This document shows, piece by piece, positions 47,443-55,200 of a stretch of DNA of 64,000 nucleotides (position 1 is its first letter; every line of letters starts with the position of its first letter). The DNA lies in the NCBI GenBank assembly GCA_947305795.1, contig CAMZEK010000007.1, positions 627 through 64,626 on the forward strand, given 5' to 3'. The DNA comes from an uncultured Bacteroidales bacterium. Its GTDB lineage: Bacteria > Bacteroidota > Bacteroidia > Bacteroidales > F082. Position numbers and translations under genes: made by a program. Under the pieces are notes generated by a model, which was not told where the DNA came from, searched no databases, and saw only the letters and a program-made list of their open reading frames with translations.

Positions 47443-47474
47443 AGGAGTTACGAGAGGTCGTGACTCCTATTTTT
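47443..47474 (+). terminator. intrinsic terminator after tRNA-Pro
   Basis: AGGAGTTACGA-GAGG-TCGTGACTCCT (11-bp stem, one G:T pair) followed by ATTTTT. The T-tract overlaps a TATTTTTG box (47468..47475) that could serve the downstream gene. Confidence 0.65.
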
Positions 47475-47500
47475 GTCAATCTGTCGAAAACAGGAAACCC

Positions 47501-48340
47501 ATGAAATACTTCATCGTTGACGCCTTCACTAACCGGCCTTTTGGCGGCAACCCCGCTGGAGTGGTGTTGCTTGATACAGATACTTTTCCAAAAAACGAAC
47601 TGATGCTGAGAATTGCCGCCGAACTGCGCTACTCGGAGACGGCTTTCATCAAAAGGCATTCCGCGCAGGAATTCACCATCCGCTATTTCACCCCGACGGC
47701 GGAGGTGGAACTATGCGGCCACGCCACCATCGCTTCGTTTTTCCTGTTGCATCAAAAAGGGTTAGCCTCAGGAAAATGCCTATGCCACACTCTTGCTGGC
47801 GATTTGAACATCGAGACCGGGAAACTGGTGATGATGCAGATGGCAAGGCCTCGCATTGTCGCGACCTTAGCCAAAACTGAGGAAATCTATCGGGCTTTGG
47901 GTGTAAAGTCCTACACCCCTGCCCTGCCCGTGCAAGTGGTCTATGCGGGTTTGCCCGACATTATGCTTCCCTTGCCCGATGTGGCTACACTACAGTCGCT
48001 CCAGCCCGACATGGAGGCCATCAAGGAAATCACCAAGCGTCATGAGGCAGTCAGCATCCATCCTTTCGCTTTCAGCAATGACGGCTACACGGCGCATGTG
48101 CGCGACTTCGCCCCGCTGTACGACATTCCCGAAGAGTCGGCAACCGGCACCGCCAATGCCTCGCTGACCTACTACCTCCAACAATGCGGATGCCTCGGTG
48201 CCGAAGCGGAATGTGCCTTCCTTCAAGGGGAGGCGATGGGACGGCCATCGGTGGTCGCCACACGCATTTACCCCGATGGAAACCTTTTCGTCGGTGGCAC
48301 TGCGGCTATAGTGGCGGAAGGGATTTTATGTCACGAATAA
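47501..48340 (+). CDS. PhzF family isomerase-like protein
   Basis: 'MKYFIVDAFTNRPFGGNPAGVVLL' and 'ELCGHATIASF'. The track ORF (from 47243) runs through both tRNAs and is over-extended. Confidence 0.85.
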   Translation: MKYFIVDAFTNRPFGGNPAGVVLLDTDTFPKNELMLRIAAELRYSETAFIKRHSAQEFTIRYFTPTAEVELCGHATIASFFLLHQKGLASGKCLCHTLAGDLNIETGKLVMMQMARPRIVATLAKTEEIYRALGVKSYTPALPVQVVYAGLPDIMLPLPDVATLQSLQPDMEAIKEITKRHEAVSIHPFAFSNDGYTAHVRDFAPLYDIPEESATGTANASLTYYLQQCGCLGAEAECAFLQGEAMGRPSVVATRIYPDGNLFVGGTAAIVAEGILCHE

Positions 48341-48365
48341 AGTCTAATTCTTTTTTTCCATTCCA

Positions 48366-50066
48366 TCACCTCTCCCGCCGCTCAATGACTTGCTTCAGGC
48401 GATAGCGGTCGCCGGTGGACTTGCCGATGGCATCGATAAACTGCTGGTCGTAGCCTGGAGTGTCGTGGCCCCAACGCTGGAACTGACCATTCTTGTCAGT
48501 ACGACGGACAATCTGGTCGTTGTACTTGACAATCAAGTATTTCGCCAATTTATCCCAACGCTGCATCATGCGCTCGGTGTAGGCGATGCTCTTTTTGTTG
48601 AGATAGCTCTGCCGCTCGGCGGGCATCATGTTCTTGATAGCCACAAGCACACTGTCTTGGTCGGCGAAGTAATAGTCCTCCAGCTCGTTTTGAGCTTCGC
48701 GCAGGTCGCCAATCATCATGGAATAGCGCGGATAGACCATGTTGGCCACCCAGTTGTTCATCCAGAAGGCCGACTTGTCGCTGAACTCGGCACGCGGGTT
48801 GTTCTCAGGACGGAAGGCATCGGGCACCTGCGTGATGCAGCAATAAAGTGGCACATAAGCCACCATGTTGGCATCGTCGCAGTTGAACCAAGTGACACCG
48901 CCTACATCGTCGGGTAGCCACGAGCGCATCTGGCAAGTCATGGTGAAGCCCGACTGTTGGGTGGCAATGGGACGCTCACGGAAATAGTCGATGCTGTCAC
49001 TGTCCTTGTAGTGCATCGGCAATGGACGGATGGGCATCCCCCATGGGCCAGCGGTCATGTCAGAGGTCATATCCAAAGGCGTGCCTTCAAAATGGTCGCG
49101 CATGTCGTTCTGCAAGTCGCGTAAAGAGAGCGGTTTGTCAGGCTTGATCCAGAGCGGCAGATGGTCACACTGGTCAAAGTCACCGTTGATGTAAGGCAGA
49201 TATTTGTCCATCTCCTCGTGACTGAAATGATGGCGGAAGAAACTCCACACGCGGGCATCGGCATAACGCACATTCTCGAAATCGATGGGACAATAGGCTT
49301 CGCGGAAGGAAAAATCACTGTCCTTGCCGTTGAAAAAACCTTTTTCACGTGCCATAGTGATGACATCGGCGGCATAGACACATTCCACCTCAGGGCGATT
49401 GATGTGCTTGAGGTTTTTGCTGCTTAGACTGGTGTAGGAGCCTTTCTTCTCCAACGGGAACTGACGGATGCGGCTCAGGTTGGCATGGGCACAGATGCAG
49501 TCGTCAGGGATGCGCAAGGCCACCCAAACGGCACCCTTACGACCTGGTCCCTTGCCAATGATTTCCATAATCCATGCCTCGTTGGGGTCACAAACGGTGA
49601 GCGTTTCACCGCTGCTGTTGTAGCCGTATTCCTCCACCAACTCGGCCATGCATTTGATGGCTTCACGGGCTGTGGACGAACGCTGCAGCGCCAGACGCAT
49701 CAGACTGAAATAATCGAGCAAGCCCTCGTTGTTGACCAATTCCAAACGTCCGTCGAAGGTGGTCTCCACAATGGTCACCTGCTTCTCGTTCATCAGGCCA
49801 ACGATATTGTAAGTATATTCCACCTGCTTCACATATTGACCTTCGTGGGGTGGACCCCAGCCGTGAATGGCAATCAACTCGCCTTCGGCATGACGGCCTG
49901 CCGGGCTGTAGGAAAGTGAGCCTGAGAATCCGAAGCCGTCGCAATTGTAGGTACACATCACGCTGCCATCGGCAGAGGCTTTCTTGCCGACAATCAGGTT
50001 AGTACAAGCCCAAGCGGACTCGATGCACAAGGCCGCAAATAAGGTTAGGATAAAGATTTTTTTCAT
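48366..50066 (-). CDS. C69 family dipeptidase, secreted
   Basis: ATG 50066 gives a signal peptide, then the N-terminal nucleophile motif 'ACTNLIVGKKASADGSVM' typical of the C69/PepD-like Ntn fold. Confidence 0.75.
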   Translation of the reverse strand: MKKIFILTLFAALCIESAWACTNLIVGKKASADGSVMCTYNCDGFGFSGSLSYSPAGRHAEGELIAIHGWGPPHEGQYVKQVEYTYNIVGLMNEKQVTIVETTFDGRLELVNNEGLLDYFSLMRLALQRSSTAREAIKCMAELVEEYGYNSSGETLTVCDPNEAWIMEIIGKGPGRKGAVWVALRIPDDCICAHANLSRIRQFPLEKKGSYTSLSSKNLKHINRPEVECVYAADVITMAREKGFFNGKDSDFSFREAYCPIDFENVRYADARVWSFFRHHFSHEEMDKYLPYINGDFDQCDHLPLWIKPDKPLSLRDLQNDMRDHFEGTPLDMTSDMTAGPWGMPIRPLPMHYKDSDSIDYFRERPIATQQSGFTMTCQMRSWLPDDVGGVTWFNCDDANMVAYVPLYCCITQVPDAFRPENNPRAEFSDKSAFWMNNWVANMVYPRYSMMIGDLREAQNELEDYYFADQDSVLVAIKNMMPAERQSYLNKKSIAYTERMMQRWDKLAKYLIVKYNDQIVRRTDKNGQFQRWGHDTPGYDQQFIDAIGKSTGDRYRLKQVIERRER

Positions 50067-50091
50067 GGGGCAAAAAGAATGGTTGAAGAGG

Positions 50092-50099
50092 CAAAAATA
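50092..50099 (-). promoter_or_regulatory. Bacteroidota -7 promoter box (TAnnTTTG)
   Basis: Minus-strand TATTTTTG about 25 nt upstream of ATG 50066. Confidence 0.45.
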
Positions 50100-50126
50100 C
50101 AAATTTTTGGATTGCCCGCCCAAAAA

Positions 50127-51062
50127 TCAATGCAGCTTCGACCGCTTAATCAAATAGCTCGTCAGCACTTGGTTGTAGTCCTTATTAATATCGGACTCCA
50201 CGTAATCGATTTGGTATTGGTAGCAATGGCGCAACAAAGCCTCTTTGCGCTCAGCCATAATCTTTTTATAGGTTTCTTGAACTTCTATCGGGTTGAGTTT
50301 CAGCATGTCGCCCGTTTCCAAATCGACAAAACGGTACGGGCGGTTTTCAAAGTCTAAGTTCTGCTCCAATTGGCCATCGAAGATGTGAAAAAGGATGACC
50401 TCGTGCTTGTTGTAACGCAAATGCTCCAGCGCCTCGAACATGGGCTGATAGTCGGCGAGGCCGTCGAGCATGTCAGTGAAAATCACCACAAGGCTGCGGC
50501 GGTGGGTCATCTCCGCAATCTGGTGCAAACACTGAGGCGTTGAGGTAGTTTTGCGGTTGTTCTTGTCGTAAGTGTCAATCAGTTTTTCCAACTCGCTGTA
50601 TATAAGCTTATTGTGTACCACCGACGACTTGGCTGGCTCATGGAAAGCTATCGTTTCATCAAACAAGTCCAAGCCCACGGCATCGCGCTGGCGACGCATC
50701 AGTTCCATCAGCGAGGCGGCGGCGTAGACCGAGAAAAAGAGTTTGTTAGGATGCTCGAAATCAATCTTTTGCCTCACGGGAAAGCACATGCTGGAGCTTT
50801 GGTCGATGACCAATTGGCAACGCAGATTGGTCTCTTCCTCGTAGCGCTTAACGAACAGTTTCTCCGTGCGACCATACAGTTTCCAATCGATATGACGAAT
50901 CGGCTCGCCCGTGTTGTAGAGGCGATGTTCGGCAAACTCAACAGAAAAACCGTGGAAGGGACTCTTGTGCAAACCTGTAATGAATCCCTCCACGATTTGA
51001 CGTGCCAAAAACTCAAGGCTGCCGAACTGCGTGAGCCGGTTCCTATCGATTGAGAAGTCCAT
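50127..51062 (-). CDS. DUF58 domain protein (vWA-like, MoxR/Bat-associated type)
   Basis: 'FHGFSVEFAEHRLYNTGEPIRHIDWKLYGRTEKLFVKRYEEETNL...LVIDQSSSM' is the DUF58 hallmark. Confidence 0.8.
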   Translation of the reverse strand: MDFSIDRNRLTQFGSLEFLARQIVEGFITGLHKSPFHGFSVEFAEHRLYNTGEPIRHIDWKLYGRTEKLFVKRYEEETNLRCQLVIDQSSSMCFPVRQKIDFEHPNKLFFSVYAAASLMELMRRQRDAVGLDLFDETIAFHEPAKSSVVHNKLIYSELEKLIDTYDKNNRKTTSTPQCLHQIAEMTHRRSLVVIFTDMLDGLADYQPMFEALEHLRYNKHEVILFHIFDGQLEQNLDFENRPYRFVDLETGDMLKLNPIEVQETYKKIMAERKEALLRHCYQYQIDYVESDINKDYNQVLTSYLIKRSKLH

Positions 51063-51071
51063 GATAACACG

Positions 51072-51140
51072 GGCCCTTCGACAGGTTCAGGGACCCTTCA
51101 CTACCACAAAAGCAAAGGTCCCTGAGCTCGTCGAAGGGCC
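51072..51140 (-). repeat. ~69-nt imperfect palindrome (REP-like intercistronic hairpin)
   Basis: Arms GGCCCTTCGACAGGTTCAGGGACC (51072-) and GGTCCCTGAGCTCGTCGAAGGGCC (-51140), giving about 24 bp with one mismatch and two G:U pairs. It begins 8 nt after the trxA stop and ends 9 nt before the DUF58 ATG. No T-tract follows. Confidence 0.8.
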
Positions 51141-51147
51141 GATTTAC

Positions 51148-51468
51148 TTAAAACAGCTTCTCGAGTTTCTCCACAAACACCTTCTTTGGAGCTGCGCCGA
51201 CATTCTTGTCGACGGGTTGTCCGCCCTTGAAGAACAGCACGGTGGGGATGTTCATGATGCCGAACTTGGCGGCGGTGCCAGGGCATTCCTCGACATCGCA
51301 CTTCACGGCGATCATCTTGCCCTCATATTCGTCGGAGATTTCCTCCACGATGGGTTCAACCTTTTTGCAAGGGCCACACCAAGTGGCACCAAAGTCCACC
51401 ATTACAGGGACTTCCGATTTCAAGACGACTTCTTCAAAACGGTCGTCGGTCATTTGAATTACTGCCAT
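51148..51468 (-). CDS. trxA: thioredoxin
   Basis: 106 aa with 'VDFGATWCGPCKKVEP' and 'IPTVLFFKGG'. Confidence 0.92.
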   Translation of the reverse strand: MAVIQMTDDRFEEVVLKSEVPVMVDFGATWCGPCKKVEPIVEEISDEYEGKMIAVKCDVEECPGTAAKFGIMNIPTVLFFKGGQPVDKNVGAAPKKVFVEKLEKLF

Positions 51469-51506
51469 AGTTTCAATCTTTTGTTAGTATCTGTTTAATG
51501 AGTTTG

Positions 51507-51514
51507 CAAAAATA
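51507..51514 (-). promoter_or_regulatory. Bacteroidota -7 promoter box (TAnnTTTG)
   Basis: Minus-strand TATTTTTG about 38 nt upstream of trxA ATG 51468. Confidence 0.45.
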
Positions 51515-51531
51515 ATAAAAAATCAAATCCG

Positions 51532-51930
51532 TCAATCACTTACCATCTTCTCAATAGTTTCGATCATCTGCCGTGCCGGTTCTATCTTTTCCTCTAATAT
51601 CTCGGAATCAGCATCAAAAGCGCAGTTATAATCACTCTCCTCACGCATGGTTTGGAGTTGGTTATACAATCTACCGTACTCGGCTGGCAAAATCCCAGTT
51701 TTAATATATTGCTGTCCAAACATGGCATGAGACCCATGATGGGTGTGAACTTGATGACCGTCATGTATCATTAATGCCGAAATTGCATGAAAAACAGCAT
51801 AATACAAGCGATTAGCCACCCCATTCCAAAGTTCAGCATTTTTTAATGCCTCGACCTCTTTAAAAGTACGCCTTGCACGTTCAATTTCAAGTTGAACGAT
51901 TGTCCTTCTCTCTTCGTCACTCAAACTCAT
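51532..51930 (-). CDS. HEPN domain protein (toxin-like partner of MNT)
   Basis: 132 aa, helical. 'RLYYAVFHAISALMIHDG' and 'LQTMREESDYN' are HEPN (PF05168-like) features. 4-nt overlap with the upstream NTase gene. Confidence 0.7.
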   Translation of the reverse strand: MSLSDEERRTIVQLEIERARRTFKEVEALKNAELWNGVANRLYYAVFHAISALMIHDGHQVHTHHGSHAMFGQQYIKTGILPAEYGRLYNQLQTMREESDYNCAFDADSEILEEKIEPARQMIETIEKMVSD

Positions 51931-52241
51931 ACCAAAACTATTTTATCCCGTTCAACATTCTTATAAAAAGGTAGAAAAGTCCAAGCGTTCCATTGTTGCC
52001 TTGAATAGACATGTGGGCTGATTTCGATGCCCAAATTCCAGCCCAGTTCCCGGAAAGGGTATGTAAGGTCGTAATCACTCGCTGTGATTTTCGACTTGTC
52101 AAGCAAAACCAGCAAATCCCAATCACTGTTCTCGTGATTGTCGCCACGCGCACGCGAACCATACAACCACAACGAACTCCCCGAAGGAAGAACTGCGAAT
52201 GCCAGTTGCCTAATCTTTTCAATAACTTGGTTGGTATCCAT
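51927..52241 (-). CDS. MNT-type nucleotidyltransferase
   Basis: 'LWLYGSRARGDNHENSDWDLLVLLD'. Track start 52247 is TTG; ATG 52241 (MDTNQVIEK...) is preferred. Confidence 0.8.
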   Translation of the reverse strand: MDTNQVIEKIRQLAFAVLPSGSSLWLYGSRARGDNHENSDWDLLVLLDKSKITASDYDLTYPFRELGWNLGIEISPHVYSRQQWNAWTFLPFYKNVERDKIVLV

Positions 52242-52264
52242 TGCCAAATGACCTTAATCCACCG

Positions 52265-52272
52265 CAAAAATA
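52265..52272 (-). promoter_or_regulatory. Bacteroidota -7 promoter box (TAnnTTTG)
   Basis: Minus-strand TATTTTTG about 23 nt upstream of ATG 52241, squeezed between the dnaE stop (52286) and the NTase gene. Confidence 0.45.
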
Positions 52273-52285
52273 CAAATTTTCTTCC

Positions 52286-55200
52286 TCACCGCAAATCAAA
52301 CTCCACAAAAGGCATTTTCTCAAAAAGCGGAAGGATGTTTTGGGCATTAATGCCTCCGTTTCGAGGAGTCATGTTGCACGATTTCTTGGTCTTCGAGTTG
52401 AAAAGATGCACCTTATAGTTCTGTTTTCCAGCGTTTTCCTTCACCGTTTTGATGAACATGTCCATCTCCGGCTTGTTCATCTCCGTGATGTCCAACTTAA
52501 TGTAAACCGTCTTTGTGGTGTTTTCGAGCAACGAATCCAGCAATTTCGCCTCCGTGAAACGCACATCAAGGGTAGACGGCATAATATTTGGGTCTTGGCC
52601 TGGCCTCGGGAAAGGTGCCTGCAAAGTCCCGTAGAGCATCACAAACTCATTGAGAACCAACAAGTTCTTGCAATTCAGGTAATTCTCCTTGAACAACGAG
52701 AACTGGAAGGCACCCGTTTGGTCTTCGATGGTGAAACTCCCGTAGGCGTTGCCGTTTTTGGAAATCCGTTCCTCCGCCCGCGTGATTTGTCCGCCAAGGC
52801 GAACGGCACGCCTGATATTGCGTTCAGGGTCGTTTTGGGCGGCCTTCAGTTGCTCGACGGTGCAGTTGGCGAAATACCTCAACGGCAGGTGATAAACCTC
52901 CATCGGATGGGCCGAAATGTAGAAGCCCAAAGCCTCCTTTTCCATCTCCAACTCCTTCATTTTCGACCACGGCTCGCAGTCGGGCAGCGGAATACTGAAG
53001 GTCTCCTCCACCCCACCCTGGTCGCCGAAGCCGAACAAATCCATCTGCGCCGAGTTCTTGCGCTCGTTGAACGAGGCCACCATGCGCATGGCTTTTTCGG
53101 AGAACGTAGCGGACTCGTTGGGCGCAATGTTGAATAACATGGCACGATGGAAGCCCTTGAAGCTGTCGAAGCAACCCGCCATGCCCATGCTCTCCAAAGC
53201 CCTGACATTGAGTCCCTTGTCGGCGATACGCATCACAAAGTCACCGAAGTCCTTGAACTTGCCGTTGGCTTCGCGTTCGGCCACGATGCCAGCCACTGCT
53301 GCCTCGCCCACGTTCTTGATGCCACCCATGCCATAGCGGATTTCGCCCTTCTCGTTGACCGAAAACTCGTATTGCGATTCGTTCACGTCGGGACCTAACA
53401 CCGCTATTTTCATGCGTTTACATTCCTCCGTCATGAAGTTCACCTGCTTGATGTCGCCCAATTCGTTATTCAAAACAGCCGCCATGAACTCAGCGGGATA
53501 GTGTGCCTTGAGGTAGGCCGTCTGGTACGAAACCCACGAATAGCAGGCTGCGTGCGACTTGTTGAAGGCGTATGAAGCGAATTTTTTCCACTCTTCCCAA
53601 ATCTTTTCAAGACGTTTTTTAACCTCGGCCTCGGGCAAGTTTTCGGTTTGGGTCAGCTTGGCCACACCTTGTTTCATGAACTTTTCGTAAAGCTCCTCCA
53701 TCTTAGCCAACTGCTTCTTACCCATGGCCTTACGCAGCGTGTCGGACTCACCTCTTGTGAAATCAGCCAGCTCACGCGAAAGCAACATCACCTGCTCCTG
53801 ATAGACACAAATGCCGTAGGTGTCCTTCAGGTACTTCTCCATGCAGTCGAAATCATACTTGATTTCTTGCCGACCTTGCTTGCGGGCGATGAAGTCGGGA
53901 ATGTTGTCCATCGGGCCAGGACGATAGAGCGCGTTCATGGCGATGATGTCACCAATGACGGAAGGCTGCAACTCACGCAGGTATTTCTGCATTCCGGGCG
54001 ATTCAAACTGGAACGTGCCGATAGTGTTGCCTGAACAATACAAGTCGTAGGTCAGTTTGTCGTCAATCGGGATATGGTCGATGTCAATATCGATGCCACG
54101 GGTGCGCTTGATGTTCTTCAGCGTGTCCTTGATCAAGGTCAAAGTCTTCAGGCCAAGAAAGTCCATCTTGATGAGGCCGACAGTCTCAATGACGTGGCCA
54201 TCGTATTGAGTCACAACAACATCCTCTTTTGTGTCCTTGTCCTTGACGGTACACACGGGCGCGACATTGGTCAGGTCGTCGGCACCAATGATGACACCGC
54301 AAGCATGAATGCCAATTTGACGGTTGGTGTCCTCCAGCTCCTCAGCGTAGGTCAGCATCGAGGAAATGTTTTCATCCTTGCCCGTCAGCAACTCATGCAG
54401 TTCGGGAATGTATTTGTAGCAATTCTTCAGGTTGACCTTGGGCATCTTTTTGGGCAACGTGCCTTCCACGGCCTTTACCGCCGCCTCGTCGAAATTGCGG
54501 TCAGGGATATAGCTCTTGATTTTGTTCACCTCGGGCAACGGCACCTTCTGCACACGCCCCACATCGGCAATGGCCGACTTGGCCGCCATCGTGCCGTAAG
54601 TGATAATGTGCGCGACTTTCTCTTTTCCGTATTTCCTTGTCACCCAGTCCAACACGCGCTCGCGACCGTCATCATCGAAATCCACGTCGATATCGGGCAG
54701 GGAAATACGGTCAGGATTGAGGAAACGCTCAAACAGCAAGTCGTATTTCAGCGGGTCTAAGTCAGTAATTTTCAAGCAGTAAGCCACCACTGAACCAGCC
54801 GCCGATCCACGTCCTGGCCCCACCGAAACACCCAACTCCTCACGCGCCGCCCTGATATAGTCGCTCACGATGAGGAAGTAGCCAGGGAAGCCCATCGTCT
54901 TCATCACGTGCAACTCGAACTTGATGCGCTCGATTTGCTCTTCCGTCAGGTCTTTACCATAACGCTCATGGGCACCGTCCCAAGTCAATTTGGCCAAATA
55001 ATCCGCTTCGAGCTTGATACGGTAAAGCCGCTTGTAGCCGCCCAATTTCTTGACCTTCTTCTCGGCCTCCTCCTGCGACAAGACCACGTTGCCGTGTTCG
55101 TCGCGGGTGAACTCGTTGAACAGGTCCTCCTCGGTATATTTCTGTCGGTATTCCGCCTCGGTGCCGAAGTCCTCTGGAATGGGAAAAATCGGCATAATCG

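Noticed and set aside
47243-47500. N-terminal extension of the PhzF-like ORF (track start 47243) and the minus-strand ORFs 47200..47433 and 47264..47659.
   Set aside because: They run through two well-formed tRNA genes and two terminators. The PhzF homology begins at ATG 47501 (MKYFIVDAFT).
51031-51498. 155-aa plus-strand ORF containing 'RQVQGPF...VPELVEGP'.
   Set aside because: It is antisense to trxA. The distinctive peptides are simply the two arms of the intergenic palindrome read in frame.
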